From: Rhodoferax sp.
GTDB taxonomy: Bacteria; Pseudomonadota; Gammaproteobacteria; Burkholderiales; Burkholderiaceae_C
Assembly: GCF_031291305.1 (NCBI RefSeq)
Contig: NZ_JARLJH010000021.1
Direction: 5' to 3' (one strand)
DNA: 64,000 bases
Numbering within the stretch: the stretch's first letter is position 1; each line of letters starts with the position of its first letter. The position numbers and the translations under genes are program-made. The notes under the pieces were generated by a model that did no database searches, had not been told where the DNA came from, and saw nothing but the letters and a program-made list of their open reading frames with translations. Below, piece by piece: positions 50,280 to 61,476 of this stretch.

Positions 50280-51451
50280 CCGACATCTGGGCTCAGGCTG
50301 CGTTGTGGCTGACGCTGGCGTTGGTGGCATCGCTTTTGTCGATCTGGTTCAAGATCGCCACGGCATTGTCGGAAATTGTGGTTGGCACCATTGCGCAACT
50401 CATCATCGGTGCGGTGCTGGGCAGTGCTTTGCTGGCCGGAGATGCCACCTGGATCAAGTTCCTCTCGGGTGCTGGGGCGATTTTGCTGACCTTTCTGGCC
50501 GGCGCGGAGCTGGACCCGGTGGTCTTTCGCAAGCAATGGAAACAGGCCACTGCGGTTGGTTTGGTGAGTTTTGCCGGACCATTTTTTGGCTGTGCAGTGC
50601 TGGCGCGCTGGGGCTTGGGATGGAGTGTGGACGCGAGTTGGCTGGCTGGCATTGCCATGTCCACCACCTCGGTGGCGGTGGTGTATGCGGTGATGCTGGA
50701 GTTTGGCCTGAACACCACAAACTACGGCAAGACGGTGCTGGCGGCCTGTTTCATCACCGACCTGGCCACGGTGGTGGCGCTGGGCTTGATATTTGCGCCG
50801 TTTACTGTGCGCACACTGATTTTTCTGGGGGTTGGACTCGTGGTGTTTTTTGTCCTGCCCTGGGTGGTGCCACGTTTCTTCAAGCGCTATGGCAACCGCC
50901 CGTCCGAGCTGGAGACCAAATTTCTCATGGCTTGCCTGTTTGGCATGGGTGCTCTGGCTACCTGGGCCGACAGCGAGGCCGTATTGCCCGCCTATCTGAT
51001 TGGCATGGTGCTGGCCGGTACGGTGGGCAAAGACCATGCCCTGGTGCGGCGCTTGCGCACGCTGACATTCGGGCTGCTCACACCGTTTTACTTCATTCGC
51101 GCCGGGGCACTGGTGTCCCTGCCAGCCCTGGTCGCGGCACCGTTGGCCTTTGTCGCGCTGCTGCTGGTCAAGATGGCCACCAAAGTGGCGGGGGTGTACC
51201 CGGTGACAAGGGCCTACGGGTCCCCCAAGCAGGAGGGCATGTACACCACACTGCTGATGTCCACTGGCCTGACTTTCGGCACGATCTCGGCGTTGTTTGG
51301 CCTGTCGCACCACCTGATTGACCAGGCCCAATATTCGGCACTGGTGGCCACGGTCATTGGCAGTGCTGTGGTGCCGACCCTGATTGCGAATGCTTTTTTT
51401 CTGCCCCGGCACCTGATGTCTGCAACCGATTCCAAGACACAACCTGATTAA
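50276..51451 (+). CDS. Cation:proton antiporter (CPA family)
   Basis: About 12 hydrophobic segments, FLAGAELD, STTSVAVV, ITDL. Confidence 0.9.
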   Translation: MTDIWAQAALWLTLALVASLLSIWFKIATALSEIVVGTIAQLIIGAVLGSALLAGDATWIKFLSGAGAILLTFLAGAELDPVVFRKQWKQATAVGLVSFAGPFFGCAVLARWGLGWSVDASWLAGIAMSTTSVAVVYAVMLEFGLNTTNYGKTVLAACFITDLATVVALGLIFAPFTVRTLIFLGVGLVVFFVLPWVVPRFFKRYGNRPSELETKFLMACLFGMGALATWADSEAVLPAYLIGMVLAGTVGKDHALVRRLRTLTFGLLTPFYFIRAGALVSLPALVAAPLAFVALLLVKMATKVAGVYPVTRAYGSPKQEGMYTTLLMSTGLTFGTISALFGLSHHLIDQAQYSALVATVIGSAVVPTLIANAFFLPRHLMSATDSKTQPD

Positions 51452-51462
51452 GGGAGACGGCC

Positions 51463-51879
51463 ATGTTTAAAAAAATCCTGGTGGCTTTTGACGGCTCAGA
51501 TCCTTCTGCAAAGGCTTTTGATCTGGCGCTAGATTTGGCGCTCAAATACTCGGCGGCACTCAAGGTGCTGGCGGTGGTTCGCCCTCCGGAATTTGGCGAG
51601 GAAGTGGAAACTGAGGCGGTGGTCAATAACTCGCGCAAACATCTGCAACAAGCACTTAAGCCTTTGCGAGGGAAGGCATCCCACGCGGCGCAAAACGTCG
51701 AGTTTGACGTGCTGGTTGGGCACCCGGCAGAACGCATCGTGATCCAGGCCGAGCAATGGGGTGCCGACCTGATTGTCATTGGTCATCGGGGGCGTGGCCT
51801 AGCGGGGCGCTGGCTGCTGGGTTCGGTGGCCAAACAGGTCATGCACCACGCCACCTGCGCGGTTCTGGTGGCTCGTTAA
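51463..51879 (+). CDS. Universal stress protein
   Basis: ILVAFDGS, DLIVIGHRG, LGSVAKQV. Confidence 0.9.
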   Translation: MFKKILVAFDGSDPSAKAFDLALDLALKYSAALKVLAVVRPPEFGEEVETEAVVNNSRKHLQQALKPLRGKASHAAQNVEFDVLVGHPAERIVIQAEQWGADLIVIGHRGRGLAGRWLLGSVAKQVMHHATCAVLVAR

Positions 51880-51896
51880 TTTTTCAATCATCAAAT

Positions 51897-52085
51897 ATGA
51901 GCTTCCAGTTGTCACTGATGATGGGTCTGGCTTTTGGTGTGCTCGCGGCATTGCTGGCTTTTGTGAACATTTATGAAGCGTATCGTCGCCAGCAACTGCC
52001 TGTTGCGCGAATCTGGCGCGAATCATTGAGGCTCGCACTTCTGGCCTTTGCTGTATTCATGGCCTCATCCGTCATCCTGGGCTAG
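51897..52085 (+). CDS. Small two-helix membrane protein
   Basis: 62 aa with two hydrophobic segments, inside the operon. Confidence 0.55.
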   Translation: MSFQLSLMMGLAFGVLAALLAFVNIYEAYRRQQLPVARIWRESLRLALLAFAVFMASSVILG

Positions 52086-52106
52086 GCATTGAGCAAGGCC
52101 CTCTGA

Positions 52107-53408
<1,302 letters not shown>

Positions 53409-53562
53409 CGCATTGGTGCGCAAACCCCCTCGATGGAAGGCGCACCCTGCACACCCGTCTGGCTGGGTGCGCAGGGTGAGACCATGACAGATTTCTGAGG
53501 AACATACGCCAAAACACGGCCAACGTAAACTGCAATCACAACATAACGACTACCGCCAAAGA

Positions 53563-53997
53563 ATGACTTCATCGACACCCTGGTTCTACTGGGCGCTACT
53601 CTCTGCCATATTTGCTGCCTTGACGGCTATCTTTGCCAAGATCGGGATTCAAGGCGTGGACTCTGACCTTGCAACCTTGATCCGAACGGTCATTATCATG
53701 GTCGTCCTGTCAGCTTTCGTTTGGTACGCTGGCAAATGGAGCAACCCATTTACTTTGTCATCAAAGACATGGATTTTTCTCAGCCTGTCCGGCTTGGCTA
53801 CCGGGGCATCCTGGGTTTGCTATTTCCGTGCCCTTCAACTCGGCGATGCCTCCAAGGTGGCACCCGTCGATAAGCTCAGCTTGGTGCTGGTTGCAGTCTT
53901 TGCATTCGCCTTTCTGGGTGAACGTCCTGCCCCGCGAGAATGGCTGGGCATCGCCATGGTGGCAGGCGGTGTGTTGGTGCTGGCATTCAAACGCTAA
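53563..53997 (+). CDS. EamA/DMT-family small transporter
   Basis: Five TM segments, YFRALQLG.ASKVAPVDK. Confidence 0.85.
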   Translation: MTSSTPWFYWALLSAIFAALTAIFAKIGIQGVDSDLATLIRTVIIMVVLSAFVWYAGKWSNPFTLSSKTWIFLSLSGLATGASWVCYFRALQLGDASKVAPVDKLSLVLVAVFAFAFLGERPAPREWLGIAMVAGGVLVLAFKR

Positions 53998-54222
53998 TTC
54001 ACTCAGGTATGCTAAGGAATGGTCGGGATGCCGAACTGCACGATCCAGGGTTGGCCGGTCTCCAAATTTTGGCAATTGGCTCACCCTGGAGCTGACTTTG
54101 GGGAAAGTCAGCAACCGCTGCACAAGCGAACTACGTTTCGCTCCATTGCTGACACCCAATTTTCCAGCCAGTCAACGGAAAACCGCGCTCGACCGCCATT
54201 TTTGCGCGCTTTCAGACCGCCG

Positions 54223-55428
54223 CTATGGTCGCGCTCGAGCTGGCAATTCCGGCATCGATTCACTCGTGCGCCATATCCACTGCGGGTCATCACCGGATTT
54301 CAAGGCGAGGGCCTTGGCCGCTTGTTCTTTTGGATCCAAATAGGCACTCACCACATGCAAGGGAACCGGCGACGCGCCTGCGTCCAGCAAAATAGCATTT
54401 GGAAAACTTGCTGCATTCCTGGCGTCGTAGCGCAGGGGCTTGACGAAACGGCGTTGCTGATCCACCAGGGCCTGTACCAAGGGCAACTCGTGAATACCCT
54501 CGACCGGAATCCACTGCTCGCTGGTCAGCATCAGGCTGGCCATGTCGATCTCGTAGGTGTGCTCACGGCGTGCACGGATCAAGGCGACCAACATCAGCCG
54601 CACCTTCTTGCCTACGTCGGCATCCCGCGCCTCCAACAGTGGGGCAAACACCCGCTCGATGCGTTCCCATGCTTTGGCGCCAATCAACAGCGGCGCATCC
54701 GGCATGTGTTTGATCCATACCCGGTGCCCCAATGGCATCACTTCGCTCGCCTTGAATTCGCCAATGACCAAGGCCAGAGGACTGCGCCCTTCCCGTGGCC
54801 GCAATACCGCCAACTTTTCGCGACGTCGCTGGGCGGCCCCAGCCTTTGCGGCTTCGCTGAAGGGCTCGGGGATATACAGCCGCTCAGTCAGTGCGACGCC
54901 CTTCACCACGATGCTTTCTGCTGCCTCCTGCAAGTATTTGTGCAACACACCCTGATTGCGCCGGCCTTGCATCGCAGGCGTCCAGCGATTGAAACCGGCA
55001 CGCTCGAACAGAAAGTGCATCAACGCCCGCAGGCTCATGCGCCGACGCGACACTTCGACCTCGGACACCTCCTGCGGTTCCCCGCGTGGCACGCCTCTTG
55101 CGCAAGACCTTGTCCACGGAAAATCAACTCGCAGCTCAATGGAGCCCAACTCGGACTCAAGCACCGCTTCGCCAACCAATTCGCCCAAACCGGACTGCCG
55201 GAATTCAGGTTCATAGGATGGGCAACCGGGGTGGTGCTGGCTTCCCGTTTCTGGCATGCGTTTGATCACAAACTGCCGGTGGTGCGCCACGTACATCTCC
55301 ACACCGCCTGGCACACACAGGCAGCGGGGACGTTCTGCTGTCTCGTGAATCTGCGCGAGTGTCGCTTGCAACTGTGGGTCGTCGACGCCAAGAATGCAGC
55401 CCTTGATGGAGAAACGCTGAATGTTCAT
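54223..55428 (-). CDS. DUF1173-family protein
   Basis: PRCLC...FVIKRMP.TG..H...CPSY N-terminal Zn motif; FVKPLRYDA. Confidence 0.7.
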   Translation of the reverse strand: MNIQRFSIKGCILGVDDPQLQATLAQIHETAERPRCLCVPGGVEMYVAHHRQFVIKRMPETGSQHHPGCPSYEPEFRQSGLGELVGEAVLESELGSIELRVDFPWTRSCARGVPRGEPQEVSEVEVSRRRMSLRALMHFLFERAGFNRWTPAMQGRRNQGVLHKYLQEAAESIVVKGVALTERLYIPEPFSEAAKAGAAQRRREKLAVLRPREGRSPLALVIGEFKASEVMPLGHRVWIKHMPDAPLLIGAKAWERIERVFAPLLEARDADVGKKVRLMLVALIRARREHTYEIDMASLMLTSEQWIPVEGIHELPLVQALVDQQRRFVKPLRYDARNAASFPNAILLDAGASPVPLHVVSAYLDPKEQAAKALALKSGDDPQWIWRTSESMPELPARARP

Positions 55429-55503
55429 GCTTGACAAGCTCCTTCGCCACCACGTTGCAAGGTCAAATGTAACGAGACCTCAACGCCAAATGCGCCTGGC
55501 ACC

Positions 55504-56466
55504 TCAGATCAGTTCGTCAACAAGATCATCCATGGTTGGCTTGGGCCGAGACAGCAGCGCACGCACGGCGCTGCGCTCGCTGATACCCAACAGCAGTCCG
55601 ACCTGGTCTTCATCGGCACCGCGTTCATACAGCCGGGACACCACAGTACGTCGTGCGGATCGTGCAGACACGTCTTTGATTTCGGCGTACCGGAACAGCT
55701 TGTCATAGGTCTCCAGGATGGGGCGGCATAGAAAGCGCAATTGCCCTTCTTTTCCGTAAGGTGTAATCCTGAAGCCTTCACCCGTCGCCGACAGGAACAG
55801 GCGGCTTGCGGGATCAAGGCCCCGGAAAGTCGCAGCCGTATGCGCACCCAAGTTCAGTGCCACCCGCTCCTGCAAATAGAGCGTCAATACCTCGTCAAGT
55901 CGCGTGCTGCTGAAATACAAAGACCGAGGTTTCTTGGTGATGGCCACTTCGGCGCGCAACTGCGATTCCCGCCGCACGCGGCCGTCAGCATCGAGGTAGT
56001 CCCGAACCTCCAGTCGAGCAATCTCCAGAGGCCTGGCTCCTGTGGCAAACAGCAAGTAGAACAGCGAAAGGTCATGCCAAGGCCGGCTGCTTCGGCCTTT
56101 GATGCGCAGCACTGCCTGCGCAATGTCGTTGCTTGAGAGGATGCGGGTCTCTTGAGTCCTGCCAGCTGAGCCTGGTTCGAAAGACTCCAGCGCCGTCAGA
56201 ATAGCACCCCGGTGCAGGCGAAGACGGCGAACAAAAGCGGCCCCATCCTCGCTGAGTCCCTGAATTCCCACCACCTTACTCAACTGAGCCGCAACAACTT
56301 TGATACGTCTTTCGACGGCGGTACGCGATTTGCCAAACCTGGCGGAGACAACCTCATACGTCTCTCCGCTGATCACCGCTTTGAGCATCTCAACGGATTG
56401 CATTAGCGATTCGTTGTCCCCAGCCATGTCTTGATGTCGATCATGGGGTTTGGTGTCTTGTCTCAT
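55504..56466 (-). CDS. Tyrosine-recombinase-fold protein lacking catalytic His/His/Tyr, with N-terminal HTH
   Basis: TGARPLEIARL present, but RSARRT replaces HxxR, LGI replaces LGH and no Tyr follows; GGGAGG RBS. Confidence 0.8.
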   Translation of the reverse strand: MRQDTKPHDRHQDMAGDNESLMQSVEMLKAVISGETYEVVSARFGKSRTAVERRIKVVAAQLSKVVGIQGLSEDGAAFVRRLRLHRGAILTALESFEPGSAGRTQETRILSSNDIAQAVLRIKGRSSRPWHDLSLFYLLFATGARPLEIARLEVRDYLDADGRVRRESQLRAEVAITKKPRSLYFSSTRLDEVLTLYLQERVALNLGAHTAATFRGLDPASRLFLSATGEGFRITPYGKEGQLRFLCRPILETYDKLFRYAEIKDVSARSARRTVVSRLYERGADEDQVGLLLGISERSAVRALLSRPKPTMDDLVDELI

Positions 56467-56643
56467 ACGAATTGCACCTCCCGATTTTCTTGATGCTCAA
56501 GCTTTTCGTCTCAAGCCGCCAGGCCAAATTGCCAGGAAAGAGGGGGGATTTCGGCGCCACCCCGAGCTCGGTGCCCAACCCTCGGCATCACCCCGCATTC
56601 CCCAAGGCACGGCACGAGCGTCATTCGTTGGGCGCAATCGCCG

Positions 56644-56844
56644 TCATTGTCCCTGCTCAGAAATCCAGCGCCGAACATCCTCGGCACGCCACACCGTGAC
56701 GCGAGCCGAAAGTTTCACAGGCCCCGGAAAGGACTTCGCTTGGACCCGTCTCCACAAAGTAGACTTTGAAATGGGAACGAACACCAACACTTGCGGCTGC
56801 CGCAAAAAACCGGTCTCTGGCAAACCTGGCACCGGCGAGGACAT
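56644..56844 (-). CDS. alpA: AlpA-family transcriptional regulator / excisionase-like
   Basis: FLRQPQVL...SKSTLWRRV...FPGPVKLS...VWRAEDV. Confidence 0.85.
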   Translation of the reverse strand: MSSPVPGLPETGFLRQPQVLVFVPISKSTLWRRVQAKSFPGPVKLSARVTVWRAEDVRRWISEQGQ

Positions 56845-57250
56845 GGAAGAGGTCACCGCAGTGGCGGTGGAAGAAGACATTTGTTTTGGCATGATCTGGC
56901 CTCATCACGGTCTGTGCCGTGGAAGGACTTGACCCGCACTGTCACGGCTGCGCTAGGTCAGGATTGCACATGCCGTTAGGAACGCCTAACTCTTCGATAT
57001 TCCGCAGGCGTTCCGGTCATGCGGGATGGATGGACATTGACAAAACAAGCTTTCAGCAGGTCGTACCAGGCAAGGTGCGCGCGGTACGTCAATCCATTCT
57101 GTCTGCGCTGCACGGCACAGCATGCAGATTCGAAGCGGACAAATGTCATTCTGGCCAAGGCAGGTATCGACTGCGACGCCGCTGCGCAAACAACGGTGAA
57201 TGCGCGCCAAGCGCAGGATCGCCTATCGGGGCGACTTTCGTTCATGCTTC

Positions 57251-58018
57251 TCAGAATGTCGAAACCTCTGCATGGTCGTTCAAAACTGGCTCAGCCAGTC
57301 CGGCCAACGGGGAAACATCGCTGCTGTCCTGGACGCCGTCGCCATCCGGTGTCACCGTCTGTACATCAGCCGTTGCGTCTTTTTCTGGTGCGTCGGGCAC
57401 GTCACCCGTGTCGATCGCATCCCGATTCCCCAGCGCATTCATTCGCCGCCGCAGCCCCATCGCGAAGTTTCGGGCCCCATTGGCCACATCGCGCACCTGA
57501 CGTTTCAATCCGGCCCGCTGGATATCCACCGCCTGCGCCGTGAGGACCTCATGAATCTCCAGGGTTTGCAGCAGCGGCATCAGCTGATCCAGCTTACCGA
57601 GCACTTCCAGGTAACGCCGACCGGCTGATGACATCACCCCGACATCGACCTCAAGTGCAACGGTGTCATACGTCGCCACGCTGGTGACACCATGGCTTTT
57701 AAAGAGCGCCTCGGCACCATCAATGGCCTTGTTGAGGCTTTCGTTCACGGCATCCATCTTCGTGCGCAAGGCAGCCTCCACCTTGGCGACATCCTCGTGA
57801 TCGAGGCGCGTTCGCGCAATCACCGAAATAAAGTGAGTGTTGAGCTGAAGCGTGCTGAACAGGCGCACAAAGAAGCGTTTGCCCTCCGCACTCGTGAACC
57901 GAGCCCGCATCTTCAGGCTAGCTGCCTCGATCCGCCGGAAATCCGCCTTATTTTCCTTGGCAAGAATGCGGGCGTTGACGCCACCCTCATCCATTTTCAC
58001 GATCTGAATGTCCGACAT
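57251..58018 (-). CDS. DUF1845-like (InrR/AcaB-type) helical regulator
   Basis: All-helical, SSAGRRYLEVLGKLDQL; next to alpA as in ICE regulatory regions; family from memory. Confidence 0.5.
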   Translation of the reverse strand: MSDIQIVKMDEGGVNARILAKENKADFRRIEAASLKMRARFTSAEGKRFFVRLFSTLQLNTHFISVIARTRLDHEDVAKVEAALRTKMDAVNESLNKAIDGAEALFKSHGVTSVATYDTVALEVDVGVMSSAGRRYLEVLGKLDQLMPLLQTLEIHEVLTAQAVDIQRAGLKRQVRDVANGARNFAMGLRRRMNALGNRDAIDTGDVPDAPEKDATADVQTVTPDGDGVQDSSDVSPLAGLAEPVLNDHAEVSTF

Positions 58019-58107
58019 GCTCGGTTTCCTCTGGATGCCACGTTGAACGTCATCATCCGCATCGACTGCCGCATTCACCACGCGCAATGGTGACCACTTT
58101 GGCACCG

Positions 58108-58120
58108 TTTCGGAATCAGC
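58108..58120 (-). promoter_or_regulatory. 13-bp motif GCTGATTCCGAAA, copy 2
   Basis: Identical to 2879-2891, same 90-bp spacing to the ATG. Confidence 0.5.
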
Positions 58121-58554
58121 GTCGGTTTTCCGGTTTTTGGGACTTGACCCAGCATTTTGCTGCCACTACCGTCGTGTCATGCAGCAGCTGGCCCTGCATT
58201 CCAACAAGGCAAGCCCAGGAGTTTCTGATTGACAGGCGCTCCCTCCCCCCATTCGGGTTGAGAGGTGGCTAGTCGTCGCATCATCGCTGACGAAACCCGT
58301 CACGTGATGCCGTCGAAGCGGCTTTCGAGGTGAAGGCGAGAGAGTGGCTGCGTATTGCCACGCCACCCTCCCCCCGAAAGCTTTCTTCGATCGGTCGCTG
58401 ACACACCGATCAGGGTGGTTCATACCGCCTTCAAGCCAGCCCTGGAGTCCCCTTCCCCTCGTCGCCGGTTCTGCACCGGCCATTCATCACCCCGTGCGGG
58501 CATTCGCCCTCACCCCGGGTGCGCATTGCCTTCGCATTTTCATTGGAGGCAACG

Positions 58555-59133
58555 ATGCTGAACCTGAGCGTATCCCCCGGCGTCTTCTCCGGCGTATTCC
58601 CCCCTGCTTCTGCGGGGCTTGTATTCACCCCCTTCGCAGCAGACCCGAACCTGCGATCCGCAGCCATCCCTGACCGAGGGGCACTCGACGCCCTCCCGGA
58701 CGACGATGCGTCACCGGTCGAATGGAGCGAGGAAGACATCGTCTTCCTGCATTGGCGTCTGCTGCAAGAGATCAGCCATCTGGCCGACCCCGACAAGCCA
58801 TTAGAAGAGAAGTTCGACACACTGCGCTGGATTTTTACCGAGCGCGAAAAGGACCAGCAACCCTTTTCTTTCGTGAGCTGCCTGCGCGTGGTGGGCTGTA
58901 GCCCGCTGTCGCCCATTGCCTACTGCGGCTTGGTCGATGCGCAGGAAGTCCGCGACCGCATCGAAAACAGCGTCAAAGCCTGGCTCTCGGCAACGCTGGA
59001 GCGCTACCCGGTCTGGGTGCGTGAAGCCGTCGCCCAGAACCCCGAATGGGTGGAGGCACGACTGCTCAAAAACCCCCAGTGGATCAACGAACAGCTCAAG
59101 CGGCTGTCGGTGCAGGACGACTTGTTCGCCTGA
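58555..59133 (+). CDS. Hypothetical protein
   Basis: GGAGG RBS; Trp-rich helical domain. Confidence 0.75.
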   Translation: MLNLSVSPGVFSGVFPPASAGLVFTPFAADPNLRSAAIPDRGALDALPDDDASPVEWSEEDIVFLHWRLLQEISHLADPDKPLEEKFDTLRWIFTEREKDQQPFSFVSCLRVVGCSPLSPIAYCGLVDAQEVRDRIENSVKAWLSATLERYPVWVREAVAQNPEWVEARLLKNPQWINEQLKRLSVQDDLFA

Positions 59134-59195
59134 ACCGCCCCACCCTTCAGGTTTGCGTATGGATCCGCAAGCCTGGTCATTTTTAGGAGTCAACC

Positions 59196-59477
59196 ATGTT
59201 CCCCCTCAAAGACGTCCTGTGCTTGCTGGCGATTTTCATCGCCTACGGCATCACGGGACACATGGATGACGAAGACGCAGTGATGCTGGAAGAAACCCAG
59301 CGGACTCTGCAGCCCTCGGCATCCACCGACTGCTGGCCGGCGACCAACTCGTTGACCGGGCATCCTGCAACGCCGGTTCGTCATCTGGGGCCCGACTCCC
59401 AGTGCGATGAGCTGCCAGATTGCGCTTCTGGCAGGCCGCCTGAAGCGATTGAGCTTTGTCCACCGGACATTGACTGA
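59196..59477 (+). CDS. Hypothetical protein with N-terminal hydrophobic segment
   Basis: AGGAG RBS; VLCLLAIFIAYGITG. Confidence 0.65.
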   Translation: MFPLKDVLCLLAIFIAYGITGHMDDEDAVMLEETQRTLQPSASTDCWPATNSLTGHPATPVRHLGPDSQCDELPDCASGRPPEAIELCPPDID

Positions 59478-59487
59478 GGAAGCCGTC

Positions 59488-59805
59488 ATGCAAACCCATG
59501 TATCAATTTCCGGCAAAGACGCTGCGCTACTGAACGTCCGGGCACCAGAAGACATTGAGTTCCTGGTGAAGGAAAGCGAAGTGCTCACCGGCAAGCCCGG
59601 TCGCATGTTTGTCATCGCCGGTGCTGATCGCCTGAGCTACCGGGTGCAGTGGCATCCGATGGGCGTCCAGGTCGAAAGGCTCGATGCGCACGGGCGGGCC
59701 CTGAGTTCCGAGCAGCTGCTGCTCTGGGAGTTTCTAGAGCACAGCGTGATCGAGGCCCTACGTGCAGGGCAGTTGTTCACCCCATTGGTTCGCCGTCCCG
59801 GCTGA
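59488..59805 (+). CDS. Hypothetical protein
   Basis: GAGGA RBS; 105 aa. Confidence 0.7.
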   Translation: MQTHVSISGKDAALLNVRAPEDIEFLVKESEVLTGKPGRMFVIAGADRLSYRVQWHPMGVQVERLDAHGRALSSEQLLLWEFLEHSVIEALRAGQLFTPLVRRPG

Positions 59806-59874
59806 CCAGTGATGTCCCCCAAGGCGGGTCCGTCCCGCCGGGGCGGTATTGCGCCTGCATTCAAGGAGAATTTC

Positions 59875-61473
59875 ATGCAAATACAGGTTCAAATCAACGA
59901 GGAAGGTGCCTTGCGCAACCAGCGCTACGCCTTTACCGACCGCTTCACGCTCCTCTCTGAGCTGTTGCAAAACGCCCGCAGAGCCGGTGCGACGCAGATT
60001 GAGGTCCGCTACGACGCGGCATCTCAGATCCTGCACGTCACGGACGACGGCTGCGGCATAGACGACTTCCAGAAGCTCCTGAGCTTCAACGAGTCCGGCT
60101 GGGACGCGTCCACCTGCGCGCAGGAACGTCCCTTTGGGGTGGGTTTCTCCAAATGCCTCTATGCCGCCTCGCGCTGCATGGTGGCTTCCGGCCGTCAATG
60201 GGTCGATTTCGATACCCGAGCCGCGCTGGCCAAGACGCCCATTGAGGTGATGCAGATCGCAGAGGTCGATGTCATCGCCGGAACCCGGATCGAGTTGCAC
60301 GGTGTGAATCTGCCCGACCTTGGGACGCGTATGGAGACTTTGTGCCGGGGTTTCCCGGTGCCGGTGCTGTTCAACGGCCAAGCACTGGAGCGACGCTTCG
60401 CCGAAGCGCATCTCGCAACGACGCCAAGTCCGATGGGCACCGTTCATCTCGCGGGCACGCACGATGGCCAGCACAGCCACCACACGATGGTGTTCCTGCA
60501 AGGGTTTTGTGTGCTGAACACGAGCTACCACCTGCTGGGAGGGATCAATGTCGTGCACCTGGATTCGCGCCAGTTCGTGGCTCGCTTGCCGGACCGCGAC
60601 AAACTGATCGACGAAGATGTGCAGTACAAGCGCATCGAGGCCGAGTTAAAAGACGGCTGGCGAAAGATATTGGAAGTCGCCAAGACCGAGTTGCCAGTGG
60701 GTCTCTTTGTCGAACGCTACTACCCCGCCATGCGCGATTGGGGTCATCTCGACCTGCTCAATGACCTCGATGTATTGCCCTGCGAGTTGTTTGACGCCAT
60801 CGTCGACTACCCGATTCTGGACAACGCCGGCAACCGTGACTACGTCCAGCCAGTGTCGACCGCACCGACACGCGAAGCCATCGAAAGCGGTGCTGTCACG
60901 CTGGTCGACCTCGACTGGCTGGGTGACGACAACGCCGCGCGTTGGATGTTCGCCAGGGCCAAGGGCTATCTGGTGTTCGGTTGGAATGGTCTCCATGATA
61001 AGCACTGGGCACAGCGCCACGTGCGCAACCTGGACTGGGACACGGTGGAGGTCCAAGCGCTGGGCGAACAGGCCCGTAGCGTTTTGGACGGTCGCTGGAT
61101 ATGGCCAACGGTCATCCTGTGCGAAGCCGTGCGGGTCAAGGTCGGCGACGAAACGGTGGAGATCACCGACGATGGTGTCTTCCATGGTGGCACCTTGTAC
61201 ATCCCCGCTGGCGAAACCTCGGGGGAGCCGGTACGTCAGGCTTCGTCTTTCACGGACGAGCACGACCAGTTCATGGAAAACGACCTGGATGCCGACCGCA
61301 ATGCGCTGGCCGATCTGATCTGCCGTCTGCGCTCGGTCGATCCGGTGCAAATGCTGGACTCGCTGATGCAGACACTGAAACTCGGCAAGTACCCGCTGCT
61401 GCATGGCAAGACCTTCCAGTTGAACGTCGGTTGGGGATCGGCTCCCGGCCACTCGATTGAACGGGTGGGATGA
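59875..61473 (+). CDS. GHKL-family ATPase with uncharacterised C-terminal region
   Basis: ELLQNARRAGA, DDGCG, PFGVG, GTRIEL. Confidence 0.8.
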   Translation: MQIQVQINEEGALRNQRYAFTDRFTLLSELLQNARRAGATQIEVRYDAASQILHVTDDGCGIDDFQKLLSFNESGWDASTCAQERPFGVGFSKCLYAASRCMVASGRQWVDFDTRAALAKTPIEVMQIAEVDVIAGTRIELHGVNLPDLGTRMETLCRGFPVPVLFNGQALERRFAEAHLATTPSPMGTVHLAGTHDGQHSHHTMVFLQGFCVLNTSYHLLGGINVVHLDSRQFVARLPDRDKLIDEDVQYKRIEAELKDGWRKILEVAKTELPVGLFVERYYPAMRDWGHLDLLNDLDVLPCELFDAIVDYPILDNAGNRDYVQPVSTAPTREAIESGAVTLVDLDWLGDDNAARWMFARAKGYLVFGWNGLHDKHWAQRHVRNLDWDTVEVQALGEQARSVLDGRWIWPTVILCEAVRVKVGDETVEITDDGVFHGGTLYIPAGETSGEPVRQASSFTDEHDQFMENDLDADRNALADLICRLRSVDPVQMLDSLMQTLKLGKYPLLHGKTFQLNVGWGSAPGHSIERVG

Positions 61474-61476
61474 ACC

